DNA from: Macrostomum lignano
Lineage: Eukaryota
NCBI GenBank assembly: GCA_002269645.1
Contig: NIVC01000897.1
Location: 124,001 to 188,000, forward strand
Length of the DNA: 64,000 nucleotides
Reading direction: 5' to 3'
A program made the translations under genes and the position numbers. Under the pieces are notes generated by a model, which saw only the letters and a list, made by a program, of their open reading frames with translations, did no database searches and was not told the origin of the DNA. Shown piece after piece: positions 1 to 12,139 of the stretch (the first letter of the stretch is position 1; every line of letters begins with the position of its first letter).

Positions 1-729
1 TTTTTTAACTCAAGACCAAAATACCATTCATTATCTTTCGACACCATTGCAAACAAACATTTTCTAGCATAAAGCGTGCCAATGACCAATGAGTCCCGTT
101 TGCTATCAAGCAATCTTGGAGAGCTCTCTCGCCAAATTAAATGGTTTTCCCCTATATTACAAGGTTGGTTAAAGCCAAAAGAAATGCATGCCGCAACGAT
201 GCATTAATTTGATTTTTCATTCGCACTGACGATGTCAAGGGGACAGCAAAAGCAAGACGAATTGAACCAGAAAGAGAACCTACCTACTTATAGTAGCTAT
301 CGACAGATGAACAAGCTCGGCTGATTTTGACGCAGAAACTTACTAAGCGGCTAAGAAATTTTCCGATTTTTTGGCAGTGGATCTTGCAATAGAAGTGAGC
401 CGTTCTTTCTCAGTCAGTCAAAAAGTAGAGTAGATTGCCATTCTGAATACTGATAGAGTGTCAAGGTGTGAAGCGCAATCTACACTGCACAGAAACTCGC
501 ATTGAGCTACATGCAGCAATCCGCAAAGATGAATATAACGCGCTAAAATGTTTACTAGAAAATTTTACCGCATCGACGAAAAGGGTGGAGAAGGGGAGGC
601 GGCGAGTTAAGGCAGCGAAACTTGGTGCGAATTGTGCAACAATGCGAACAAGTACAAGCCTAATAAAGATATTGCAATGCTTTGCTTCAGGGTTCGTTAG
701 CGATTTCCTGATAGATTGATCCCTATCTA

Positions 730-946
730 TCAGCGCCTCTGTTGGTTCTGTACTAGAAGCTTGTTGATGAAGGACACGATGGCCGGCGCTGGCTGCTGCG
801 GATCGAACTCGCAGGCAAGTACGCAGGTGTTCTCCGACGGGCCGAAGTGCCCGCCCACGCCGCCTACTGCACCGCCTTTCCGGGCTACAAAGCCGAATAG
901 TCGGGGGCTCTTCAAGCCCCTCACTGACAGTTCCGGGTGGGCGAAT
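730..946 (-). CDS. TNS: Tensin exon 9 (last): PTB domain C-terminus
   Basis: Acceptor ttccag|A at 947-948. Reads R-FAHPELSVRGLKSPRLFGFVARKGG...CVLACEFDPQQPAPAIVSFINKLLVQNQQRR*, matching the tensin PTB end (LFGFVARK...QPASAIVNF). TGA at 730-732. Confidence 0.95.
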
Positions 947-1056
947 CTGGAATGGTTCGGGTGCAGGTGCTGCTTATTGTTGCTAGGCTTCACTTGCGTA
1001 ATGGTGGAGAGAGATCGCAAAGAGAGTAGGAATGGAATGAACTGAGGAGAGAGTCA

Positions 1057-1640
1057 GGATGACAGTAGGAGCGGAGGAGATTCTGAGGAGGGCAGTAGGG
1101 AGCGGAGGAGATTCTGAGGATAACAGTAGGGAGCGGAGGAGATTCTGAGGAGGACAGTTGGGAGCGGAGGAGATTCTGAGGATAACAGTAGGGAGCGGAG
1201 GAGATTCTGAGGAGGACAGTTGGGAGCGGAGGAGATTCTGAGGATAACAGTAAGGAGCGGAGGAGATTCTGAGGAGGACAGTAGGGAGCGGAGGAGATTC
1301 TGAGGAGGACAGTAGGGAGCGGAGGAGATTCTGAGGATAACAGTAAGGAGCGGAGGAGATTCTGAGGAGGACAGTAGGGAGCGGAGGAGATTCTGAGGAG
1401 GACAGTAGGGAGCGGAGGAGATTCTGAGGATGGCAGTAGGGAGCGGAGGAGATTCTGAGGATGGCAGTAGGGAGCGGAGGAGATTCTGAGGATGACAGTA
1501 GGGAGCGGAGGAGATTCTGAGGAGGACAGTAGGGAGCGGAGGAGATTCTGAGGATGGCAGTAGGGAGCGGAGGAGATTCCGAGGATGACAGTAGGGAGTG
1601 AAGAGAGGTTCAGGGATGAAAGAAGGGAGCGGAAGAGATT
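1057..1640. repeat. 31-bp purine-rich minisatellite (GGGAGCGGAGGAGATTCTGAGGAGGACAGTA), ~18 copies, in tensin intron 8
   Basis: TTCTGAGG recurs at 1081, 1112 and onward. Confidence 0.95.
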
Positions 1641-1917
1641 CTCGGGAGTAAGGGAGATGATGGATTATATGGCGGTGAGATGCAATAGATCAAAGCAAGC
1701 TGATAGTGAAGTAGGCAGCACTGGAACGAAATTAGTGTAGCAAGAATGTACTAGATAATGGATATGGAATGGATTCGATTTTAAAGCTCTTACAAACTAA
1801 CTAATTAGACTACGGGATAATCACTTAATCAGCTTTTCATATTATAACAAACAGGAGAATGAAATCCTCAGATAGAATTCTAACTGTTCTGAAAACTCAC
1901 TTTGATGCTTCACCTAC

Positions 1918-2155
1918 CTGCGATCCTGGTTGTCCAATCCGCAGTACAGAACGGACGCCAGCGGATAGTTGCGTCGGAAGAAAAGTTTCCGATGATTGTC
2001 GGTCAGCGTGACGCCGTCCTGGCCAACTTTCAGCTGGCACTCGGCGGTGCGCAGCTGGGCCTGGCTGGACAGCGCGACGTCCACCGCTCGGGCGACGGCG
2101 TCCCCGCCGGACAGGGACTCAACGTCGACGCTGCCTACGTAGAGAACGTTGCAAG
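1918..2155 (-). CDS. TNS: Tensin exon 8: PTB domain N-terminal part
   Basis: ACNVLYVGSVDVESLSG...GVTLTDNHRKLFFRRNYPLASVLYCGLDNQDRR. Acceptor gccag|CT, donor AG|gtaggt; phases fit both neighbours. Confidence 0.95.
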
Positions 2156-2415
2156 CTGGCGCAGGAAGGGAGGTGAGAGAGAAGGTTATCGATGAGACAA
2201 AGAAGAATGGATGGTTCGTATAGGCGATTCTACTAACTGTGGTCTGTAAGGGCAAGCGTACACGTTTGGCGACAAGACAGTCATCTTTGTATCTTTCTGT
2301 TGACGGAAACAATCGCAGGGACTTCAATACGTGTTTGAGACTGGCATTTTAACCCAATCAAGTCTTGACTGTGGTAAGGTTGGCGTGGACATCACCCAGG
2401 ATTACTCCAGTGCAA

Positions 2416-2673
2416 GGGGTTGTAGCCTAGCTATACCTAGTGGATAGAGCGTCAGACTCACGACTGGAAGGTCTTTGAGACACTTAACTCTGCATTGCTT
2501 CAGTTCACCCAGCTGTAAAATGGGTGCCAGCATTAGCTGGGGTAATTAAGGGTGTGTGCGTGGTGATCCCCCCCCCAGTCCTTGGACTGAACAGATGCGT
2601 TGCGCAATAGCTGCGGCTGAGCTGTCGGTTACACATCTGCCCATTAGGGCAGGTGTAATCAATTTTATTAATG
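2416..2673 (+). mobile_element. tRNA-derived CORE-type SINE (family A) with B-box deletion and 12-bp TSD
   Basis: A-box-like TAGCCTAG...TGG head and MIR/CORE-like GACACTTAACTCTGCATTGCTTCAGTTCACCCAGCTGTAAAATGGG. ACTCCAGTGCAA flanks it at 2404-2415 and 2674-2685. Sister copy at 22275. Confidence 0.85.
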
Positions 2674-2731
2674 ACTCCAGTGCAATGTGGCACTCTATCA
2701 GGATTATTCAGTATTTAGCTACTCAACCTAC

Positions 2732-3160
2732 CAGCACTGCTCTGCAGCGGATGTCGGACCTCTACCGGAGCGCCTGCTGCGGTCTGTTCAACGCAGCCAC
2801 CAGCACCACCGGTTGCTTGCGCCTGCGCAGCAACTCTGTCAGGCTGGTCGTACACCGCAGCCTCCGGCCGGGGCACAATCAGGCGGCAAGGCAGGGCCAG
2901 CTGGGTGACCGAGTGCTGCTGCACCAAAGCGGCCAGTGTGGGGAAGATCGGCTCGTTGGCGCAGCCTTTGAGCCGCACGCCGCCCGAGGTTGGCTCGATG
3001 AGAAAATGCCGCACCAGTTCAGCGCCGATGTCGTTGGACTTTGGCTGGATGCCTTTGGGAATCTGCGCAACCCTCACGGCCAGGCCGAATGCGCCCGGGA
3101 AGCTGTTGGAGTCACGGACTACGAAAGTGCCCGGCTGGGCGTGCCGGAGCAGGTTGATAG
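2732..3160 (-). CDS. TNS: Tensin exon 7: SH2 domain body
   Basis: AINLLRHAQPGTFVVRDSNSFPGAFGLAVRV...ELVRHFLIEPTSGGVRLKGCANEPIFPTLAALVQQHSVTQLALPCRL. Acceptor ggtag|CT, donor G|gtaggt; 429 nt, phase 1-1. Confidence 0.95.
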
Positions 3161-3259
3161 CTACCGGTTGTTCGGGGCATTGTGAGCGGGTGATGGCAGT
3201 ACTTTCGGAAACAAAAATCGGCAGATAAAACAGCAATAGAAACTTTGATAGAAGCTTAC

Positions 3260-3684
3260 CTTCCTCCCGAGAGATGCGCGGTCGGTACCACAGCTTCATG
3301 CTGTCCTTCACCGACATCTGGGCAGCCGCGGCAGACACGTAGCCCACGTTCGGCGAGTCCAAAGCGTCCACGCTGCCGTTGAGGCTGGACGGATGGGAGA
3401 AGTTGCTGGATGACTGCTCGCCCGGAGACAGCGGCCCAGACGGGAAGGCCGGCGGCTGTTGCTGCTGCGATTGCTGGTGCTGCTGCGATGTAATTTGAAC
3501 CACGGAAGATACCGTTGAGACTGGGGATAGCAGAACTGGCTCCTGCGATTGGCTGTTCAGAAACTGCTGCGGCTGCTGCTGAGTCTGGTACTGCTGACTG
3601 CGGTGCTGCTCTGAGTAGTAGCCAGTGAATCCGTTGCCTCCAGTGTCTAAGACGTCGCGGGTCTGTTGCACCTGCTGCTGCTGC

Positions 3685-3717
<33 letters not shown>

Positions 3718-4222
3718 CTGCTGTAGCCCCTGTTGCTGGCCACGGTGCCAGTAGCTGACGCTGAGGCCGGCGCTCGGACAACCTCAACAGTGTGCGGCTG
3801 CTGCAGTTCGATTGCTATTGGCTGCGGCTGCTGCTGCTGTGCTCCACCGCTAGCTGAATGATCCGCCTGCCGACTGAGGCTGTGGGTCTCGTACCGTCGG
3901 GTCGTCTGCTGTTGATGCTGCTGCTGCTGCTGAGGGCTTTGAACGGCAGCTGCTGGCAGTGGCAGAGACGTCGGCGATTGAATTGTCGGATCGCCAAAGT
4001 CAGGCGGTACAGAGGACGAGTGGATGATTCTGCCGCCGCCACCGCCGGCTCCAGACATGTGAGTGAACTGTTGCTGCTGGACACCCACCTGGTGAATCTG
4101 CTGTCCCCTAGTGAGCGAATGCTGCTGATACTGCTGCGGCTGCAGGTGCACTTGGGCTGTTGTTGCCATAGCAACGCCGCCTGCCGATTGCGGCTGCGGA
4201 GTTGATGACCGCAGCGTAGCAA
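3260..4222 (-). CDS. TNS: Tensin exon 6: Q/S/P-rich linker and SH2 start (KLWYRPRISREE)
   Basis: Open frame. Acceptor ttttcag|TT, donor G|gtaagc; 963 nt, phase 1-1. Confidence 0.9.
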
Positions 4223-4545
4223 CTGAAAATTTTCGACAGATAGAGAGACATCGTCAGCGGGGGAGCACAGCAGCTCTGTAGTTTGCGCATCTGATTAGCT
4301 CGTATCATTTGGTGCTTCGTGTCCACGATGGCCAACATCCCAAGGCACAGAGAGTGTACATGCCTGACGATTTCAGGGAGCCTGCGTACGCATCCGTGTT
4401 GGTGTTCATGCTCAGGGATGAGGGGAATGGGTGTGAGTACATGAGCCACCTCGCTGGCTGGGCGTCCACCAACTGCTGCGAACTAGCTAAACTTGAAAAG
4501 CATCGTCTTTTGCTAAATCCAAAATTAAATTAATTGTTGACTCAC

Positions 4546-4786
4546 TCCGTCGCTGGCTAATATTCATCGCCTGCTGTTGCTTCGCAGTCTGCAATCCGCC
4601 TCCGACGACAGTCGCAGTTGGTAGATGCGGCGTCGATTGAGCCATGAGACGCCTGCCGCCGGCTGGGGTGGCTTCTTTTGGAGCCTCCAGATCGTGGATG
4701 CCCTTGCCGATGGGCTGCAGGGTGATGGTCTCCACTTCCTGGTAGACTTCGCCAGGCGTGTGCGTCACCGTGCGCTGCTGCAGGGT
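4546..4786 (-). CDS. TNS: Tensin exon 5 (low-complexity region)
   Basis: TLQQRTVTHTPGEVYQEVETITLQP...SQRR. Acceptor tgacag|ACC, donor A|gtgagt; phase 0-1 fits the neighbours. Confidence 0.85.
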
Positions 4787-5011
4787 CTGTCAGATTTTTT
4801 ATTAATCAATTAAAACTTTTTTTCGTTAAATGTTAATTATACTACTTTTCCTTGTTAATCAGCATCTTCAGCGTTTGATTACAATAACTCGGTAAAATTC
4901 CATTATTGGTTTTTAACTACTGGACTGTTGACTTAGAAAATTAACTTCAATCCTTCAGTGTTTGCTTGATGTGAAAGCAGACAGGGACAAAAAGGTACTT
5001 TGCCCCTTCTT

Positions 5012-5302
5012 ATTAGAGACAGGGGTGGCTGTGTGCACCCTAGCGCACTTTAAGCGTCATTGCCCACAACCGGCGAGAGGCACACACTCACACAGGAGTG
5101 TACAGGAGCCCTAACTTAATTTTTCTTTAGGCATGTACACTTCTCTGTGCCTTGGAGGTTGGCCCTTGAGGGTGTTAATTGCACGAGCAGAGCCAAGCTG
5201 AGATTCCAATTTAGCCCCAAATTAATTTGACTGCACTTGGAATCGAGCCTGGGCCGCCGACACGTGAGAGCGCCGCGCTAGACCACTAGGCTACGGCACC
5301 CC
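5012..5302 (-). mobile_element. tRNA-derived SINE family B
   Basis: Minus strand begins GGGGTGCCGTAGCCTAGTGGTCTAGCGCGGCGCTCTCAC...GGCTCGATTCC (A and B boxes). Body aligns to the copies at 11703 and 38939. Confidence 0.85.
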
Positions 5303-6266
5303 AACCTTGCCCCCTAGTAAATCAAAAAGTACTTTCTTTTAGGGACTGACTTTCTTCATTCGTGGTAGCTTCAGTAAATTTCGAGCGAGAGAAACTATCA
5401 ATATTTTCTCATGCCTTCATGTAGACCAACTACAAGATATACAAGATATGCGCACAGTTCGCCCTTCTGTTTCAGTAGCATGAATTTCTTGAGCTTTAGT
5501 GGCTCGGACGCCAACTGCGCAGCCATGAGAAACCAAGAATTTTGCATCGCATGCCGGGCATTCCACTGCCCAATTATTCAAAGTCAAATCCTGTTTATGG
5601 ATGAAAAGTTCCTTCAGTAGCTGCTGCCACATAGGGGGAGATTAATGTCTGCTTTGGATGACTGAACTGCCCTCCGAAATAATGCGCAGTTTTGGCCACT
5701 TGCACACAAAACACGGCGGGCAATAACAGGCTGTGGAGGCTTGTACAGTACACTCACTAGCTAAAGGGTTCTCGTTTTTGATACTCGCAAAAAACACCGA
5801 AATATTGACATCTTGGATATAAGCACGACACGGCAGCATCGGAACTTGAAACAAAATGAAATAAAAAATATTCGTCTCTAATAACGCGCATACTCTTAAC
5901 TTACTACTTGTAGCGGATCAGTGCCCGCGTTTGACGAGTGCACTGGAATCTGCAGCTGAACGGGCCAGGGAAATCGGATGTTGAGTGGTAGGTTTTTCTT
6001 CTTTGGTGTTCAGGTTCACTATTTAACATTTGCGACCCTCTCCTGGCTATAGACTATCGCTCCACATGTAGCCATTGGCAGTACAGTCAGTTGCAGCAGA
6101 AGCTATAGTCTATGGTCTTAACCCCAAGGTCGGCTGAAGTGGCACGCCTAGGGAGGGGTGGGAATCTGTGGGAAAGGGTCTGTAGAACTGTGGCCTGTCT
6201 CACCCATAGACTACAGACATATTATCTAAGGCTTTTAGTCATAAGACCTTTCACTTGCAGCCTCAC

Positions 6267-6583
6267 CCGTCGTTCCTGCTGATGCCGCGAATGCGTGGTG
6301 GCTTCGCCAGCCGTTCGGTGCACCAGCGGCGTCTCGCTGGTGCGAAAGTGGCTCACGGAACTGGCCCGATGGCTGGCGCCAGTCATCTTGATCTTCTGCC
6401 GGACCCGCTCCAGCGACCTCTCCAGTTCCTGCAGCTTGCTATCGAAGGTGTCCTCACCGCCTGTCTCCTGGCCAGAGGATTCAAAGTGCCTCCGGCTCTC
6501 TAAGTGCTGCTTCTGCTGATGATGCTGCTGCTGCCTGCCTGCATGCGGCTGGAGAGTGCTGCTGGCCAGGTTGGATCTGCCTG
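6267..6583 (-). CDS. TNS: Tensin exon 4 (short coiled-coil DSKLQELERSLERVRQKIK)
   Basis: Open frame with polyQ. Tandem acceptor cacAG|cAG|, donor CGG|gtgagg; phase 1-0. Confidence 0.85.
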
Positions 6584-6654
6584 CTGTGCGGCAGCGTTGA
6601 TAGTAAGCTCAGAATGAATTCGTTATCACAGTTTAGTAAGACAATAAAGATATT

Positions 6655-7410
6655 CTAAACTATTGTACTTGGAACACAAAGAAGATGTCCAGTTTATTCA
6701 GATAATAAAGAGCTTCTAAACTACTTGGAACACAAAGAAGATGTCCAGTTTATTCAGATAATAAAGAGCTTCTAAACTACTTGGAACACAAAGAAGATGT
6801 CCAGTTTATTGAGGTAATAAATAGCTTCTAAACTACTTGGAACACAAAGATGTCCAGTTTATTGAGATAATAAAGAGATTTCTAAACTACTTGGAACACA
6901 AAGATGTCCAGTTTATTGAGATAATAAAGAGATTTCTAAACTACTTGGAACACAAAGATGTCCAGTTTATTGAGATAATAAAGAGATTTCTAAACTACTT
7001 GGAACACAAAGATGTCCAGTTTATTGAGGTAATAAAGAGCTTCTAAACTACTTGGAACACAAAGATGACCAGTTTATTGAGGTAATAAAGAGCTTCTAAA
7101 CTACTTGGAACACAAAGATGTCCAGTTTATTGAGGTAATAAAGAGATTTCTAAACTACTTGGAACACAAAGATGTCCAGTTTATTGAGATAATAAAGAGA
7201 TTTCTAAACTACTTGGAACACAAAGATGTCCAGTTTATTGAGGTAATAAAGAGCTTCTAAACTACTTGGAACACAAAGATGTCCAGTTTATTGAGAGAAT
7301 AAAGAGATTTCTAAACTACTTGGAACACAAAGATGTCCAGTTTATTGAGATAAAAAAGAGCTTCTAAACTATTGTACTTGGAACACAAAGAAGATGTCCA
7401 GTTTATTGAG
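6655..7410. repeat. ~54-bp AT-rich minisatellite, ~14 copies, in tensin intron 3
   Basis: Unit AAACTACTTGGAACACAAAGATGTCCAGTTTATTGAGATAATAAAGAG(A/C)TTTCT; accounts for ORF 6837-7046. Confidence 0.95.
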
Positions 7411-7707
7411 GCATTAAGAATCTCCCAAGCTATTGAAACACCAGAGGCCCAGTCAGAATGTATTGACTAAAATGATCCTGTAGTTATTTAAAGGGAGGTG
7501 ACTATGATTTCTTGTATATTTATTAATAGACTAATACAAACAGAGGATGGAGTGGCGACACAGAACCCCAATTAGCTGCACCGCGCAGAATTATTAATGC
7601 CCCAATTTGGGGAACAGCTACAATCTCCCTGTTCATCAACATTCCAAATTTGGACACAAGCACTGTTTTCCTTCTGGTCAGCGGTGCTGGGAAAAAAGCA
7701 GACTTGC

Positions 7708-7866
7708 CTCCAAACGGGCCGCCCCCGTCGCGGTACTGTTGCTCGCTTGACTGCCTGGCGAAGGTGTGGCGCTGCCTCTCCCAGTTCGGCTGCTGATGCT
7801 GCTGGTGCTGCAGGCTGAAATGCTGTCCCCCTGTCTCGCGACTCTCACTCTGGTGCCTGAAGCGGC
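7708..7866 (-). CDS. TNS: Tensin exon 3
   Basis: GRFRHQSESRETGGQHFSLQHQQ...YRDGGGPFG. Acceptor cttgcag|GC; donor is non-canonical AG|gcaagt; 159 nt, phase 1-1. Confidence 0.75.
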
Positions 7867-8177
7867 CTGCAAGCGGGAAAGCGGAGCGGGACCGGCTTTG
7901 GCGCCTCATTTCAGGCAAGAATGCAACATATAGGCAAGGTTAGGCTATCTGCTTGCTCTTCTCTTTGAGGCTTTGGCGAACAAATTTCTACTAGCTAAAT
8001 GCGGCCTCGGCCCGGTCCCTGCTCAGGATAGGGTCGTCCGCAATAGGGGCGGTTTGGAAGGGCCCACTTCCGCTGCAGGCAATCGAGTTTGGGCTAAACG
8101 GCCGCACATGAGTGTAATATGCAATTCATGCAAGTTTTGGGGGTAAACCCATCCACCCCCAAAAAATCGTTCCTTAC

Positions 8178-8951
8178 CTCCAAGGCTTTGAAAGGCGTCC
8201 TCGAACGGCGCGGAAACGCCACCGTAGTTTTGCTGCGGCTGCTGGTATGACTTGGCGAAGTAGCTCTGCTGCTGATGCTGCTGATGCTGCTGATGCTGCG
8301 GAGGCTGCTGCTGGCGTTCGTTAAAATCGAACCGGCGCTCCTCGTCCAGGTCGTAGCCGCAGTCGCTCGCCGCTTTTCGCAGCTTCTTCAGCTTCTTTTG
8401 CGTTCGCCGAAGCTCCATCGCCAGCTGCCGCTCCCGTTCGGTCTCGAAGCCGTCGCCGCGCCCGCCCCCGCCAGCGCCGCCACCGCTGCTGCTCTGGTAG
8501 CGATAGGCGCCACCAGCTGTCGATGACGACGAAGAGAAGAGATGCTGCTGCTGTTGCTGGTGCTGGTGCTGGAATGGCTGCTGCTGCTGCTGAAACAGAA
8601 GATTGTGATGCTGGTGAACTGGCTGATGCGGCTGATGGTGCACCGGCAGCTGGTAGGCGACATTGCGCGCCTGTTCCGCAGGCTCTGTTGAACGATGCCG
8701 GAGCCTCTCGCCGGCTGGCCTTGCAGAACCTGCGGCGCTGCTGCCTTTGCCACCGCCGCTGCCGCTGCCAATGCCTAGCAGCTCATCCAGCAAGTTGTCG
8801 ATATCCTGGACGGGCCGGTTCCGGCTGGTACCGTATCGCGACGATGAAGCCGAGTACTCGAACTCCGGCTGCTGCGAGTGCGACTGCAGCGGTGGCCCGA
8901 GTCCGGCTCCGCCGCCAAGGCTGCGGTGGGCGTTCCCTGAGCCGATATTGG
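8178..8951 (-). CDS. TNS: Tensin exon 2 (DIDNLLDELL motif, polyQ, coiled-coil ERERQLAMELRRTQKKLKKLRK)
   Basis: Open frame from acceptor ccattcgcag|CC to donor G|gtaagg; 774 nt, phase 1-1. The alternative upstream acceptor meets an in-frame TGA. Confidence 0.8.
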
Positions 8952-9971
8952 CTGCGAATGGAGAGTTATTGAGGAGGCACTTCGGTGAGTTGCTTCAGAG
9001 CTTATCTGGTAAGTTATGAATATTTCTATACGTACTTGGATGGAAAAATTCATACTAGCTCGTAAATAGCTTTTACATTCGAATCAAATTTGTCCTGAAG
9101 CTACTCGCAGCAAATTAACTCACTCCTAAAAACGGTGCAGAAGCGATTATTCTGCTGAAAATCGCGCGAATTTGCGCCGTAGTTCATTGCGCCGAAAGTT
9201 CCTCTCGATTCTGGGTCGGTTAGAAGCTGTTAGTCCAAGAGACGCGAACGGTCGTCTTTAATACGGACACGGAACCCACAATGGCTCAGTCTGTGGCTCT
9301 GTTTGTCTAAGCTTTCTCGCCTTCTCGTGGCGCAGTCCAAGGGAGCGAAATGGAGAAAAAATCAAGAGAGGCAGGATTTTGGCAGGAGCGAGAGACAGGA
9401 TTAGGATGGACCCGCATGGATTAGGTGAGGGCTGCGAAATGCCGACTGGGAGACCCGGAGGTGAAAGAGGCGGGCAGGCGAGAGGGAAGGAGAGGCGGTG
9501 CTTGGATGTCAACCAGCGCGGAGGAGAGGCTGAGGTGGGCGATGGAGAGGGGCGCGCACGATGCGTTCAATCGTTGCTGCCCAACGAATAAGCGGAGTAG
9601 CAGAAGGCCGAGCTGGAATCGCTGGCTTAGGAAGATATTTCGTTCGGGCAGAGGTACAGGCAGAAGGAACTTTCGGGGAAACGGTAGCTGGAGAGCCAGG
9701 TCTGTATGCCGGATGCTGCGAGGGAAAAGTGATCGATAATTTGTAGCCCAAAAAGGTTTGCGCCAGAAGTCAATGAAGGCTTCACCCCCGACCAAATTCG
9801 TGTTCGATGTACGTGCATGTACACTAGCGGCTGCTGCTGCTGCTGCTGCTGCACTCTGCGCCGCCAACTGCAGCTGCCACCTCTGCGATTAGAGAGGCTG
9901 GCTATCCTAGCAACTGCTGGGATGCTGCGATACCAGAGATGCTGCTTCAAGAAGTTGTCTAGTCGACCTTG

Positions 9972-9978
<7 letters not shown>

Positions 9979-10015
<37 letters not shown>
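9979..10015. repeat. (CT)n microsatellite
   Basis: Uninterrupted TC dinucleotide run. Confidence 0.95.
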
Positions 10016-10018
<3 letters not shown>

Positions 10019-11702
10019 GCTCGATTTTTTCCAAGGCAACGCTGCTTTGCCACGGAACCGCCTATTCCCTTACTGGTGGTTGGGTTTAAGTGTCACGCCA
10101 GACCACAGCCAGCGCTAGCAATAGAATTTGGTACTGCGAATGCACACGGGGAGCAGAGAAGAAGACGGAGGAGACCGGGAGAAGAGCTATTTTTGGATTC
10201 GATCTAACTTATAGCAGCAGGCTATATAAAACGCTCTAAACAAACCCGCACAACAAATTTCTTCCAACGATTGCGTCCAAGTAACCGTGGACTGTTGTAG
10301 AGAGGAAAAGCAAAAGACACTGCCCTAGCTAAAGGAGGGGGAGGCAGAAGCAGAAACGCAGTCGAGCTGATTCAGTATGAATTATGAAAATTGGCAGCCG
10401 TTTGCTGGTGTTTTGTCTGGCACGCTTTCCTTGCTCGAGCAGCTTATTTGTCTAAACCTGCTTCCCAACCTTGCCCACCGTGTGCGGCAGTGCGCGCTTC
10501 AGCCCAGCAGATGATGCCACCACTAGTGCATTCTTGTTCCCAAATTATGGGTTGCGTATGCGCCTTGCTTTCCCCTTCTTTCACTTATAAATATATCCTC
10601 AAATCTGGGCCCGCCCGAATCATTTCAGCCCAGTTTCAAAAACTGATTTTTACAATCGCCTGCCGTAGTAAAGCCCAGAACAGGGGGGAGGGGGGGGGTC
10701 ACAGGATCCGTGGCAGTAGCTGCCCTCGCTGCTCGACATTTTTCAGGTAAACTGGGGCCGGGGGAAGAGGTTCGTTCAAGCGCAGAAGCCAGATGTGCTG
10801 CAGTTCCGGCTTGATTCTTTTGCAGTCCTTTTCAGGCAGCCCAACCCGTGGATTGCGGGGGGAGCGCTGTGGAGCTGGAGGTCGGATACGTCTGACGCCG
10901 TTTCCCTGTCTCCACCAGCCTCCGCTTCAAGTTCTTCCTCATCAGCGTCTTATCAACGGGGCCTGCTGCAACAGCCAAGCCAAGCTTTTTTTTGGGCAAA
11001 AGGCGAAGACCAAAAAGGGGTAAAGCGATGCGAACTGTTGGCGGGCAGGGCCTGCTGACTGGACCAAGCCGGAGTCAGAAAGTCTGCCCAGCAGTCAGGC
11101 TGCTTCCGCACCAGTGCCAGCTGGAAGCCCCTGTAGCATTGGCGCTCGGCTTTGGCCCCGACATGGAGAAGAATATTCGGGGGGGGGGGGGGGGCTGGAA
11201 TCCGAGTGCAAATGAGGCGCACTGGAATTGATCCAAGCTTTTTCCCTCGATCCCCCATGAAATGGCTCGGCAAAGGCGGGAAGTGAAAGCTAGACATACA
11301 GAAGAATACAAATGTTATAGAAGTGGCTGGGGAACTTGTTGGCCTCTCGTGTGATTGACAATATTTATGCAAATTGATGACTGGTTGGATGTAAATGTTA
11401 TTCACAATAATGTTCGCCTTAAGAGATTAGGAAAGTATTGGGCACATTGTTTTTTCATGTAGCTAGTGTTACTAGATGTATTATTAGTGCAAAGTTTCAA
11501 ACAAACTTTCACGTTCCGTCCAAATTCTTCATACGGTTCAGTATTCAACTATTCGACCGCGATGCTTTACGTATCTTGATAAATATTGAGAAGCGGCAGT
11601 TCGGCTAGTTTCCGGTTTTTCGAGATTACATTCAAATGAATATTGGATGCCTGCGAACGCTCCATTCTAATGGCGGTGAACTGAGCCTTTTTTGTTTTTA
11701 TT

Positions 11703-12020
11703 TTATTAGAGGCAAAGGGCTCTTCCTGACCCACTTTAAGCGACATGGTCGCACAACCGGCGAGACCCATTTCACCGACTCCTCTGAGCAGGTACACAAG
11801 CGCGCGGATATGTACGCAGTCATACGCACAGACACACACTCCAGTGTACAGCGGCCCTAACTTTATTTATCGTTAGGCATGTACACTTCACTGTGCCTTG
11901 GGGGTTGGCCCTCAATGGCGTTAACTGCACGAGCAGAGCGAAGCCGAGATTCCAATTTATCCCCAAATTAGCACTTGGGATTAGTACTTGGGCCGCTGGC
12001 ACATGAGAGCGCCGCGCTAA
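11703..12020 (-). mobile_element. SINE family B copy with degenerate head
   Basis: Aligns along its length with 5012-5302 and 38939-39251. Confidence 0.8.
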
Positions 12021-12139
12021 GCTATGGCCCGTGAACTGACTCTGAACTACGAGTATCTGATATATACTCAGCAACGGTCAAAAGTTCCACCCTCCAAGCG
12101 AGATGAAAATTTTCTCACTTATTGCGACAACTTCTCACT

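Noticed and set aside
2556-4222. Plus-strand ORFs overlapping tensin exons (similar shadows occur over DMXL exons)
   Set aside because: Antisense shadows of GC-rich coding sequence, with no independent motifs.
9258-11405. Cluster of overlapping GC-rich ORFs and a TATA-like CTATATAAAA at ~10223 in tensin intron 1
   Set aside because: No homology or phase-consistent exon was identified. It may be an alternative promoter region but this cannot be supported from sequence alone.
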